From contig JAWKSP010000001.1 in NCBI GenBank assembly GCA_041389025.1, positions 478,663-542,662 on the forward strand: a DNA stretch of 64,000 nucleotides, read 5' to 3'. This document shows positions 27,312-37,057 of the stretch, in pieces; positions within the stretch are counted from its first letter, which is position 1; each line of letters opens with the position of its first letter. Under the pieces are notes generated by a model. It was given only the letters and a program-made list of their open reading frames with translations. It was not told where the DNA came from and searched no databases. This DNA is from Minisyncoccota bacterium. Lineage in GTDB: Bacteria > Patescibacteriota > Minisyncoccia > Phycocordibacterales > UBA918. Made by a program: the position numbers and the translations under genes.

Positions 27312-29405
27312 TTACTCAATAGCACTTGAAGCGTATTTAAATATAGTGTTATTTTGTAAGAAAATGTTATTGCTATATTCTTTCATTTCCTCCAGCACAT
27401 CTTTTAGTTCGATATATTCGTTCGGGGTTTCGACTTCATTTCTTTTGTTGATATTTGTAAAAGTACTACTCAAAACGACATTTACTTGCTTATCTTTTAC
27501 ACTTACCGCTTCCAGAGTCGGAATATATCTTATATCAATCTGGTATCGCACCGGAAAGCCTTTCTTGTCATAAAAGAGGCTCAGAGTTATATTTTCGTTA
27601 ATAAAATCGAAGGCTAGAGCTGAATCTGCTTTTTTCAGCTCTTCTAACACCTCTTCATTTCTTTCAATTAACGGATGGTCATAAGTAGCCAATTTTGCTG
27701 AAATATCTTCATAAAAGGTAACAATATTATCTCTTGAAAGTCTAAGTTTATACTCAGTTAATTCTCTTTCATCAACTATGACTTGATTAGAAGACTCAAT
27801 CATAAATACACTATGTTTATCGGCTGTTTTTATTATTTCTTCAAATTGGGCTTGGTAGTCTCCAGAAACAGATTCACCGCCACCGCCGTTCAGTTCTTCT
27901 ATAACTTCTTCAAAATCCATCAAACCAACTCCCACTTCTTCTTCCACATCGGCTTGAGTAAAGTGTATCCATTTTCCTTTATAATTATTAAAATTACCTA
28001 AAAATGCTGGAAATTTAGTGGCAACAAAATAGTAATCTTCAGCCTTTTTTCTAAATTCGGCCGCTACCGCAAACATCATATCACCAAAGGAAGCTTGTCC
28101 ACTAACACCAAATCTCAAGTCAGTAGAATTTTCGACTGACTTATCAAAAGCCCCATCAACCGCAAATACCATTTCAGCATCAGAATTAACTATTAGTTCG
28201 AGTTCAGTCGCCCCATCTGCAAAAGCCTCAATTATTTTTGGATATTCCGGCTTACCGTCGAAAGAACGACTTGATACGAAACTATTTTGTTGAAACGTAA
28301 CCTTCTTATCGTCAAAAATTAACGTATCTAGATAGTCGCGCTCCTTCAGACTGTTAATAGCACTATCAGTTTCAAATTCTGCAGTTAGACTAAAGGCTTC
28401 TCCTCCTTCAGTCAGTTCATACAAATAAGGCCGCCCAAACGGATCAGTGCTACTAACAGACAATATATCTAAAGTTAACGGAAAACTTTGACTTTCTTCA
28501 TAATTACTAGCTACATCAGCCCTATAGGGATAAGCTCTAATATCAGACAATATTTCAGAAATATCATCCACTCTTCTCTTATCCCTGTTTAAAGCCTCTC
28601 TTTCTTCTTCACTGACAGTAAATACCTGATCGATTGACCGAGCATTTGCTTCTCTTTCATTTACAGACAAGCCAAACTCTACTTTATAAGCAGCGGAGTT
28701 TATCTCCGACATCTTAGCAAGAGTAGTACTTAAAATATTTTGGTTATTTAATTTTACAACCTTATTAAAACTGAATTGTTGATAAGCGTAATAACCAATA
28801 AAAGCCAAGCTGGCAAAACAAAAAACTGCTAAAAATATTATAATCAATACTTTGTATAGATTATTAGTTGGTTTTAAAGCTGTCGTGTTTGAAGTAGGAT
28901 TATCATCTGAAACCTCTATTTCTTCAGATTTACTAAAGCCATAAACTGGTGTATCTCCTAGATTTTTAGTTTGACTGACTTTATCTAAATTATCGCTGTT
29001 TTTGGTTTCAACTTCAGACTTAAGAAATTCTGAAGCTTTAGAAATTTTTGGATCTTCTTCAATAGAATTATTAAAATTATTAGTTTCTTCCTTTTTAACA
29101 GACTCAGAAGACTCATTTTTTGGATTTATTAATTCTGATCCATCATCCATACCATCAACGTCAACCGATTCTGATGATTTTGAAAGTTGTGATGATTGTG
29201 ATGACACAAAAGCTTGTGGTTTAGGAGGCTGAACAACATTTAGTTTTTCTGTTTCAGTTTTACCTTTATAAAGCGCAATCGCTTCCTCTACCTCATCAAA
29301 ACTCCAGTTAGCATTAATCAATAAATTTTTTAAAGTTCCTTCTTCAACGTCCGGATGAGTAACCTTAAGGGACTTTATATAGTCTGATTGCTCTTGATTT
29401 AACAT
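27312..29405 (-). CDS. Large single-TM hypothetical protein with low-complexity N-terminus and a pseudopilin-like segment
   Basis: TM at ~aa 185-210; RD.RR.DDI...DPFGRPYLY...FSLTA.FET; probable start MLNQEQ. Confidence 0.7.
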   Translation of the reverse strand: MLNQEQSDYIKSLKVTHPDVEEGTLKNLLINANWSFDEVEEAIALYKGKTETEKLNVVQPPKPQAFVSSQSSQLSKSSESVDVDGMDDGSELINPKNESSESVKKEETNNFNNSIEEDPKISKASEFLKSEVETKNSDNLDKVSQTKNLGDTPVYGFSKSEEIEVSDDNPTSNTTALKPTNNLYKVLIIIFLAVFCFASLAFIGYYAYQQFSFNKVVKLNNQNILSTTLAKMSEINSAAYKVEFGLSVNEREANARSIDQVFTVSEEEREALNRDKRRVDDISEILSDIRAYPYRADVASNYEESQSFPLTLDILSVSSTDPFGRPYLYELTEGGEAFSLTAEFETDSAINSLKERDYLDTLIFDDKKVTFQQNSFVSSRSFDGKPEYPKIIEAFADGATELELIVNSDAEMVFAVDGAFDKSVENSTDLRFGVSGQASFGDMMFAVAAEFRKKAEDYYFVATKFPAFLGNFNNYKGKWIHFTQADVEEEVGVGLMDFEEVIEELNGGGGESVSGDYQAQFEEIIKTADKHSVFMIESSNQVIVDERELTEYKLRLSRDNIVTFYEDISAKLATYDHPLIERNEEVLEELKKADSALAFDFINENITLSLFYDKKGFPVRYQIDIRYIPTLEAVSVKDKQVNVVLSSTFTNINKRNEVETPNEYIELKDVLEEMKEYSNNIFLQNNTIFKYASSAIE

Positions 29406-29542
29406 ACTTATTATAGTGAAGTGTACCATTATCTAAAATCATCTATTAACTAATTACCCACACCGCTTTTGAAGGCTAATACTTGAAGAAAATTTTATTT
29501 GTTGTATCTTACCAGTGGATTCTATAGTAGTGAGGTCTATAA

Positions 29543-29872
29543 ATGCATACTACATACGCTTTTCTAAAGGATACAAAAAACAGAATTTGCTTTGGGCAAA
29601 AAATGATTTCTTTCATTAAAAATCTTTTCGGTTCAGAGTTAGAAATAATGACATGGAAAGACAGTTCTTCTAAACTGGGATATAAAATTATTTTAACACC
29701 TAAATCTGGTTCAAGTCCTTTTATTTTGGTTAGTCCAGACAAATGGAATAGAATAACAATACCTCAAGAAATAATGAATATACCTAGTTTTAGTAGCGTT
29801 AAGAACAGGAGAAAACAGGTGGCATGTTGGATTGAAAAAGATAAGAAATTAATCATAATAAGATTTCAGTAA
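29543..29872 (+). CDS. Orphan hypothetical protein
   Basis: GAGGT SD; terminator ccgcca-gaaatt-tggcggttttt. Confidence 0.55.
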   Translation: MHTTYAFLKDTKNRICFGQKMISFIKNLFGSELEIMTWKDSSSKLGYKIILTPKSGSSPFILVSPDKWNRITIPQEIMNIPSFSSVKNRRKQVACWIEKDKKLIIIRFQ

Positions 29873-29937
29873 ATCTTCCCGCCAGAAATTTGGCGGTTTT
29901 TATTTGCTTTTTTGATCAATCGCCATACAATAACAAT

Positions 29938-30801
29938 ATGCCAGAACTACCAGAAGTCGAAACCGTTCGACTACAACTATTAAATAAAATTATCGACAAA
30001 CCGATCAAAAAGATTGAAGTATTTCACCCCAAAACAGTTGCTCAAGATAAACACTTTACAAAAAAACTTATAGGTAAATCTTTTTCCGGAATTGATCGTG
30101 TCGGTAAATTAATGATTTTTAACTTTTCCAATGAAAACAATCTTCATCTTTTGGTGCACCTGAAGATGACTGGGCAATTTTTCTACGTCGATAAAAAAGG
30201 TATTTTAGGCGGTGGTCACTTTGGTTCTGATAAAGACAGTCTGGGTTTACCCAACCGTCACACCAGAGTGGCTTTTCATTTTACCGATAACTCTTCCCTA
30301 TTTTTCAACGATATGCGATTGTTTGGTTATGTAAAAATTACTGATACAAATGAAACAGAAAGAGCAAAAGCCAAATTTGGACCGGAACCAATCTCGGACA
30401 ATTTTAATTATGAAGAGTTCGCTAAGAAATTAAAACAGAGAAATACTAGTATTAAAGCAGTACTTTTAGACCAATCATTTATTGCCGGTCTTGGTAATAT
30501 CTATGTAGACGAAGCTCTATATTTAGCTAAAGTTAGACCGACTAGAAAAGCTAGTCAGGTTACCAAAAAAGAAGCGTTTGCTATCGCTGAAGCTGGTGGT
30601 GAAATAATGAAAAAATCCATTGAGGTAGGCGGTACCACCTTTCAGCATTTTGTCGATACTGGTGGTGAAACTGGAAACTACACTGATTATCTAAAAGTGT
30701 TTGGTAAACAAAACACCGAGTGCCCCGTCTGTGGTACCATCATAAAAAAGACTCGAGTAGCGGGACGCGGTACCCACTACTGTCCCAAGTGTCAAAAATA
30801 A
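29938..30801 (+). CDS. mutM: Formamidopyrimidine-DNA glycosylase
   Basis: MPELPEVET, HLKMTG, GLGNIY, C-terminal zinc finger. Confidence 0.97.
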   Translation: MPELPEVETVRLQLLNKIIDKPIKKIEVFHPKTVAQDKHFTKKLIGKSFSGIDRVGKLMIFNFSNENNLHLLVHLKMTGQFFYVDKKGILGGGHFGSDKDSLGLPNRHTRVAFHFTDNSSLFFNDMRLFGYVKITDTNETERAKAKFGPEPISDNFNYEEFAKKLKQRNTSIKAVLLDQSFIAGLGNIYVDEALYLAKVRPTRKASQVTKKEAFAIAEAGGEIMKKSIEVGGTTFQHFVDTGGETGNYTDYLKVFGKQNTECPVCGTIIKKTRVAGRGTHYCPKCQK

Positions 30802-30803
30802 GT

Positions 30804-31466
30804 ATGAACATAAACATTGAAACCAGTTGGCAAAAAACTTTGACTAAAGAGTTTGAAAAACCGTATTTTAAAAAGCTGACTGACAAAGTTCGTGAGGCTT
30901 ATCTAAAAGAGGTTATTTATCCGCATCCTAAAAATATTTTTAACGCTTTTTCTCTTTGTCCATTTAACGAGGTGAAAGTAGTAATATTAGGACAAGATCC
31001 TTACCACGGACTTGGCCAAGCACACGGCCTTTGTTTTTCGGTACCAGACGGTGAAAAAATTCCACCCTCACTTAAAAATATTTATAAAGAAATCAATAAC
31101 GATCTGGGAAAAGAAATACCGGAATCCGGTAATTTAGGAAGGTGGGCTAAGCAAGGAGTGTTACTTTTAAACGCTACTTTGACTGTGCGAGCCGGCTACG
31201 CCGGCTCGCACCAAGGCCTCGGCTGGGAGACTTTCACCGACACAATCATCAAAACCATCTCTGAGCAAAAAGAGCACGTGGTCTTTCTACTTTGGGGACG
31301 CTACGCTCAAGCTAAAACTAGTCTAATAGATAAGAACAAACACCTCATCCTCACCGCACCACACCCCTCCCCACTTTCCGCTCACAACGGCTGGTTTGGT
31401 AGCAAACATTTCAGCCAAACCAACATCTACCTAAAAAAACACAACCAAAAACCAATTGAGTGGTGA
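30804..31466 (+). CDS. ung: Uracil-DNA glycosylase (family 1)
   Basis: GQDPYH, GVLLLN, HPSPLS. Confidence 0.97.
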   Translation: MNINIETSWQKTLTKEFEKPYFKKLTDKVREAYLKEVIYPHPKNIFNAFSLCPFNEVKVVILGQDPYHGLGQAHGLCFSVPDGEKIPPSLKNIYKEINNDLGKEIPESGNLGRWAKQGVLLLNATLTVRAGYAGSHQGLGWETFTDTIIKTISEQKEHVVFLLWGRYAQAKTSLIDKNKHLILTAPHPSPLSAHNGWFGSKHFSQTNIYLKKHNQKPIEW

Positions 31467-31491
31467 TATTTATATAATTTTCTTAAGTTTT

Positions 31492-33081
31492 TTAAGCTAA
31501 CCCCGGGAAGAAATCTCGTACGATTTGTTTACTTGGAACACCAAGTTTCTTGAGAAGACCCGTATAAGCATCCACCATACCGGACGGACCGGATATGTAC
31601 CAAGTTCGCTCTAGATAATCCGGTAAATGTTTCTTGATTATTTCTTCTGTTACGTACCCAGCTTCACAACCGGCTATATTTTCTTTTGCTAAAACATTAA
31701 CTACTTTGAAAGGCAAAACTTCCGTTAAACTATCTAGCTTATCTTTATAAGCAATCTCTGTAGCAAAATTGTTACAATAGAATAAAGTTGTTTCATGTTT
31801 ATTTCCGTTACTATTCATTGCTTCTAAATGACTCAAAAATGGTGTAATACCAATACCACCAGCTACAAAAGCTAATTTTTCTCCTGACTTATCCGGTAAA
31901 AGAAAATCTCCAGCTAATTGACTGGCAATAATAGTATCGCCTATATTCATGTCCTTTAGTTTTGTTTTGTAACTACTAACCTTGTCACCAAACCGTACAG
32001 CCATTTTTAGAAAGTCTATGTCAGGAGCAGAAGCTATAGTAAAATATCTTCGAATACCTCGACTGTCCATATTTTCATGTGGTAACATCCATTCCAAATA
32101 TTGACCTGCCTTAAAGTCCATACCGGCTGGTTTTTCAAATACAAATTCCCAAGTATTTTTTGCTACCTCCCTTTTCTCTACCAACTTCAAAACTAGTTTC
32201 TGCCGTAGTCTGGTACCATAAAAAACCAAATTACCGATAATAAGGGCTAATTCTGGAGTAATCATGATAAATGAAACAAATAAAGCAGTTTGTGACAAAA
32301 AACCTACCAGAGCCGCGTAAGTTATTTGCATCTTTTTAGTTGACGGCATCGTAAATGGTTCGGTCAACATATAAAGAGCTAAAAACAGACTAGGGCCCAT
32401 CAACCAGAAGTTTAACCAAGTTTCAGTAACATCAAAACCAAATCGCCATTCTTCAAACAAAAAAGTTACAAAAGCAACCGCAAGAAAAGTGAGTACCGGA
32501 ACCCATTTTCTTACTTTAAGAACCACCGCACTACCTACTAACAAAAGTGGAATAAATAAGGCTGGTGTACCAACCCACCAAGCCGATTCAAAATACCCAA
32601 ACGATGGAAATATAAGAAAAAGCAAAGCCAAAGCAAATACACCAAACGCCGCTGGATTAAAAATATGTTGGCCTTTTCTCGCCACTACAAATTTTGACAA
32701 AATCGCCAAAAATGTAACTGCAGCAATCAACCATAAATCACCTATTTCTGATAACTGAGTTGGTAAAACTAGGAAGAATATAATAAGTGCAGTAATGATA
32801 GCTGACTCATTATTTACATGTACTTTAAACAACTTACCTAAAATGATGTTTACCACCAGAGCCACCGCTAAAGCAGTAATCAAAGAAAGTACCTGTTCCA
32901 GCCCGCTATATGCTAAAACACCAAAGAAACCTAATATTATTGAATAACTGGCCAATATTGATAATGACAAAGTTACCGTTCGATACATCGCTATATTGTC
33001 TAGCTTTGCCTTAATTAACTGAAATATTTTTTTCACAAGACCGTAACAAGATTTAACGTTTAATTGAATAAGTTGATACAT
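31492..33081 (-). CDS. NqrB/RnfD-like membrane domain fused to an FAD/NAD(P)H ferredoxin-reductase domain (start uncertain)
   Basis: HIFNPAA and MLTEP.T.P; RRYFTIAS, AGGIGITP, YISGP. Confidence 0.85.
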   Translation of the reverse strand: MYQLIQLNVKSCYGLVKKIFQLIKAKLDNIAMYRTVTLSLSILASYSIILGFFGVLAYSGLEQVLSLITALAVALVVNIILGKLFKVHVNNESAIITALIIFFLVLPTQLSEIGDLWLIAAVTFLAILSKFVVARKGQHIFNPAAFGVFALALLFLIFPSFGYFESAWWVGTPALFIPLLLVGSAVVLKVRKWVPVLTFLAVAFVTFLFEEWRFGFDVTETWLNFWLMGPSLFLALYMLTEPFTMPSTKKMQITYAALVGFLSQTALFVSFIMITPELALIIGNLVFYGTRLRQKLVLKLVEKREVAKNTWEFVFEKPAGMDFKAGQYLEWMLPHENMDSRGIRRYFTIASAPDIDFLKMAVRFGDKVSSYKTKLKDMNIGDTIIASQLAGDFLLPDKSGEKLAFVAGGIGITPFLSHLEAMNSNGNKHETTLFYCNNFATEIAYKDKLDSLTEVLPFKVVNVLAKENIAGCEAGYVTEEIIKKHLPDYLERTWYISGPSGMVDAYTGLLKKLGVPSKQIVRDFFPGLA

Positions 33082-33130
33082 TATAGTATAAATATACTAA
33101 CTTTAAAATTAATATTTTCATCACCTTGAT

Positions 33131-33583
33131 ATGCCAATTGTTTTTATAATTATCGGAGTAATAATCCTCGCTTTGGGTTACACTTTCTTTTTCAGTAACG
33201 ACACAAAGACTGACGATACAACAGACACAAAAACAGAAGTAAACACCACAAAAGAAAACAACGTAGGTGACAAAACCTTACCAACAAGCTCTACCCCACA
33301 AACTTTCACTCAAAAAGCCACTTACGTAAATCCCAGCCGTAAAACTCAAGAAATTGAAATTATTTTGGAAGTAAATGATGGTATGGTAACCAACTCTCAA
33401 GTAAAATATGACGGCAAAGACAGTGGTTACGCCAATAAATACCAAGAGCGTTTTGATGAAGTATACAAATCTGAAGTGATTGGCAAAAAACTTGACCAAA
33501 TACACCTGTCTCGTGTTGGCGGAGCTTCTCTTACTTCAGAAGCTTTCAACAATGCAGTAGCTGACATCATCAGCCAAAGCTAA
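33131..33583 (+). CDS. Membrane-anchored FMN-binding domain protein
   Basis: SRVGGASLTSEAF resembles the [S/T]GA[S/T] flavinylation motif; adjacent to apbE. Confidence 0.75.
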   Translation: MPIVFIIIGVIILALGYTFFFSNDTKTDDTTDTKTEVNTTKENNVGDKTLPTSSTPQTFTQKATYVNPSRKTQEIEIILEVNDGMVTNSQVKYDGKDSGYANKYQERFDEVYKSEVIGKKLDQIHLSRVGGASLTSEAFNNAVADIISQS

Positions 33584-34498
33584 ATGTCTACGATACTACC
33601 GGAAATCAAAGCTTTAGGCACAGTCTGGTGGATTGAAATTTTTACTGATTTGGACGATAAAAGAACCGAGACCGTCTACGACGGTCTCGGTTCTTTTATC
33701 GACATTTTTGAAGCCAAATACTCTCGCTTCAAACCAGATTCTTTGATAACCAAACTAAACACTACCGGCATTCTGGAAAATCCAGACCAAATGACCATTG
33801 AAATATTAAAATACGGACAAGATTTATATAGACAAACTGACGGCTTATTTAATTTTCTAATTGGTGAAATATTAGAAAATCGCGGTTATGATGCCTTATA
33901 TTCATTTAAAATAAAAGAAACCAAGGTAAAAATTCCCAACCCTTTAACTGATTTAGAAATTAATGATGACAAAATTATTTTAAAATCCGGTCGAGTTGAT
34001 CTGGGTGGATTTGGTAAAGGTTATTTAGTTGATTTGTTGTCTGTTGAGCTAAAAAACATTTATCAATTACCTTATTTTTTAATTAACGGTGGTGGGGATA
34101 TTTACGCTAGTAGTGACAATGGAGAACCGGTAGAAATTTATTTAGAACACCCGATACAAACCGGCACATTTATTGGTAGCACCACTTTACTAAACCAAGG
34201 CTTTGCCGCCTCCAGTCCTCATAAAAGACAGTGGAAAATAAAAGATAAAACCTACAATCACATAGTAAATACGACTCAAAAAAATGACAGTGATAATAGT
34301 GATGATAAAAATAATGGAATTGACGGAACTTTTGTAAAAGCAGAAACAGTGGCGAAAGCTGACGCTTTCGCCACTGTTTTCCTCCTTATCAACCCCAATC
34401 AAATTCATAAAATAGCAACAGGAAATAAAGTAAAAGCTTGCTATCTTTTAGACAACAAGCTTTTAACAGAAAGAGGTTTTAATCATATCTTACCTTAA
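33584..34498 (+). CDS. apbE: FAD:protein FMN transferase
   Basis: YSRFKPDS, DLGGFGKGY, INGGGD, ADAFAT. Confidence 0.9.
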   Translation: MSTILPEIKALGTVWWIEIFTDLDDKRTETVYDGLGSFIDIFEAKYSRFKPDSLITKLNTTGILENPDQMTIEILKYGQDLYRQTDGLFNFLIGEILENRGYDALYSFKIKETKVKIPNPLTDLEINDDKIILKSGRVDLGGFGKGYLVDLLSVELKNIYQLPYFLINGGGDIYASSDNGEPVEIYLEHPIQTGTFIGSTTLLNQGFAASSPHKRQWKIKDKTYNHIVNTTQKNDSDNSDDKNNGIDGTFVKAETVAKADAFATVFLLINPNQIHKIATGNKVKACYLLDNKLLTERGFNHILP

Positions 34499-34826
34499 CA
34501 CAATATTTAAAATTTACTTGGTTAAGATTATTTATTATCATTATCTCGGCAGCATAGAGCTCTCTGCCTAATAGATAACTGATTGAATATGGAGAAGTCG
34601 AACGATTTTTAAGCCAACACAAATAAAATATATATTTTATTTTTTCCCTATCCAAACAAAAGGTTAACTCGCTTAGAAAATCATGAAAATAATTTCCCTC
34701 ACATTCTATATACGCGTAACTAGATAACAAACATAAATCTTCAACTACTGTTCTAAAAATTAACTCATTTTTTTCTTTAATTTTTTTCTTATACAAGAAA
34801 TACAAAAAGAAAACGAAGTTTATCAT
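34479..34826 (-). CDS. Orphan hypothetical protein
   Basis: AAGGAG SD and TATAAT upstream; very AT-rich; overlaps the apbE stop. Confidence 0.5.
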   Translation of the reverse strand: MINFVFFLYFLYKKKIKEKNELIFRTVVEDLCLLSSYAYIECEGNYFHDFLSELTFCLDREKIKYIFYLCWLKNRSTSPYSISYLLGRELYAAEIMIINNLNQVNFKYCVKVRYD

Positions 34827-34993
34827 TTTTATTACTCCTTAACTAAATTATACAAAAACAACCCTAAATATATAGTAATATTACACATTTGTACACACCA
34901 AAAAAGCGTGTGAAATAAAATGTGATTTTTAATTAGAATCAAGTTGTCAGTTAGCAGCTAACGACTTTTTAATATCTAATAATTTCTTTTTTT

Positions 34994-35620
34994 CTACCCC
35001 TCCTTCGCCACAATCATTGCTTTTACTCTCATAGTAGACACCACCGCGTCACGAGCACGTTCGTCTAGTTGCATAGAGATGAACTTAATGGTTTCTTGTA
35101 GGTTTGGTATCATCACATTCTCCAAAGCCGATACACGACGGCGGGTTTTTTCAATTTCATCAGCTAGATTTTCAGCCGTTTTCTCAAGTTCGGCTAAGCG
35201 AATAATATCAACAAAGACCTCGTCAAATTTACTAATCGCATTATCTAAATCTCCTGAAGTATCCAAAAAACCATACGAAAAGGCGGAACCTTCTTTAGTG
35301 ATCTTAAACTCCGGAATCTTTACCGACATCACAGTCTTGATATCGACTTCAAGTGAAGTCTTAGCATTTGGTACTAAAAGAGCCACTTCTTGAGCTAATC
35401 TAGAAGTCATTGCACTTGATCGTTGATAAGAATCAAAAGCCATACCCAAACGCTCCTCGACTGAACGACGAAGATCACGTGCTTCATAGATAATCACCAT
35501 GAACTTTTTGATTAGTCCATCTCGCTTATCTTTTAGCAACTTATGTCCCTTCTTAGCCACTTTCAATTCTTTTTTAAGATTCAAAAGTGCGATTCGGGTT
35601 GGGCTGACTTTTAATATCAT
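34994..35620 (-). CDS. ntpD: V/A-type ATP synthase subunit D
   Basis: PTRIAL..LK...GHKLLKDKRD; IEKTRRRVSALE. Confidence 0.95.
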   Translation of the reverse strand: MILKVSPTRIALLNLKKELKVAKKGHKLLKDKRDGLIKKFMVIIYEARDLRRSVEERLGMAFDSYQRSSAMTSRLAQEVALLVPNAKTSLEVDIKTVMSVKIPEFKITKEGSAFSYGFLDTSGDLDNAISKFDEVFVDIIRLAELEKTAENLADEIEKTRRRVSALENVMIPNLQETIKFISMQLDERARDAVVSTMRVKAMIVAKEG

Positions 35621-35638
35621 AGTCTTAGTTTAACAAAA

Positions 35639-37033
35639 TTAAGCAGTAGTTTTCTCCCCAGTCTTTGGCATGTATTTATCCACCATATCAGACTTTACAC
35701 GCTTTAAAGTTTCGCGTGGAAGCATGGCAAGTAATCTCCATCCAATATCTAATGATTCTTCAACTGAACGGTTTTCAAACTCTCCTTGCCCAACAAACTC
35801 TCTTTCAAAAGCGTCAGCAAAACGTAGGTGGGCTTTATCATTTTCATCAAGTGAAGCTTCTCCTAACACAACCGCAAGCTCTCGTACTTCACGACCAACC
35901 GCGTAAGAAGCGAACAATTGATCCTTGAGTTCTTTATGATCATCACGAGTTTTTCCTTCTCCTACTCCAGCTGACCAAAGTCGTGACAATGAACCTTGTA
36001 CGTCCACTGGTGGAAAAATGCCTTTCCGGTAAAGTTCACGAGAAATCACAAACTGTCCTTCAGTGATGTATCCGGTAAGGTCCGGCACCGGATGAGTACG
36101 ATCATCATCCGGCATACTGAGAATCGGAATCTGAGTGATAGTTCCCGATCGACCTTTAATACGACCAGCTCGTTCGTAAATGGTAGAGAGGTCAGTATAT
36201 AAGTACCCAGGGTACCCACGACGCCCCGGTACTTCTTTTCGCACTGAAGACACTTCACGCAAAGCTTCACAGTAGTTGGTCATATCAGTTAGAATTACAA
36301 GTACGTGCATATCTTTTTCAAAAGCCAAATACTCGGCTGTAGTTAAAGCCATACGTGGTGTAGAAATACGTTCTACCACTGGGTCGGCAGCGGTGTTGAT
36401 GAAAAGTACACTTCGCTCTAGCGCTCCAGCATCTTGGAACTGACGCTTGAAGTATTCAGCTTCTTCAAAAGATACACCAAGAGTAGCAAATACGATGGCA
36501 AATTCTCCGCCATCTTTCACCTTTGCCTGACGAGCGATCTGCGCTGCTAGACGTGAATGTGGTAAACCAGAACCAGAGAAAATCGGCAGCTTTTGACCAC
36601 GCACTAAAGTATTCATTACATCAATTGAAGCAATACCAGTTTGAATAAAGTCATTTGGAAACTCACGACTGTATGGGTTAATCGCGTTACCGTTGATGTC
36701 GATCTTCTTTTCTGGAATCAACTCCGGACCACCATCAGCTACCACACCAGCACCAGTAAACACTCGACCAAGCATATCCTCTGTCACTCCAAGCTTAAGA
36801 GTTTCTCCTCGAAAACGCACCTTAGTACCTTCGGCTTGTACTCCAGCCGTCGGATCAAACATTTGTACCACCGCCTTATTCTCTGACACATCAAGTACCT
36901 TTCCAAAGCGAGTTTTAGTTTCTCCTGGCACACTTACTTCTACTAACTCCTCGTATTTTACCCCACTCACTCCTTCAACTACCAAAAGCGGTCCGGTGAT
37001 TGATGATACTGTTTTGTATTCTTTTTGACTCAT
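35639..37033 (-). CDS. ntpB: V/A-type ATP synthase subunit B
   Basis: [40 protein letters not shown]. Confidence 0.97.
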   Translation of the reverse strand: MSQKEYKTVSSITGPLLVVEGVSGVKYEELVEVSVPGETKTRFGKVLDVSENKAVVQMFDPTAGVQAEGTKVRFRGETLKLGVTEDMLGRVFTGAGVVADGGPELIPEKKIDINGNAINPYSREFPNDFIQTGIASIDVMNTLVRGQKLPIFSGSGLPHSRLAAQIARQAKVKDGGEFAIVFATLGVSFEEAEYFKRQFQDAGALERSVLFINTAADPVVERISTPRMALTTAEYLAFEKDMHVLVILTDMTNYCEALREVSSVRKEVPGRRGYPGYLYTDLSTIYERAGRIKGRSGTITQIPILSMPDDDRTHPVPDLTGYITEGQFVISRELYRKGIFPPVDVQGSLSRLWSAGVGEGKTRDDHKELKDQLFASYAVGREVRELAVVLGEASLDENDKAHLRFADAFEREFVGQGEFENRSVEESLDIGWRLLAMLPRETLKRVKSDMVDKYMPKTGEKTTA

Positions 37034-37057
37034 ATCTTTTTCTTAATTTATCTTTAT

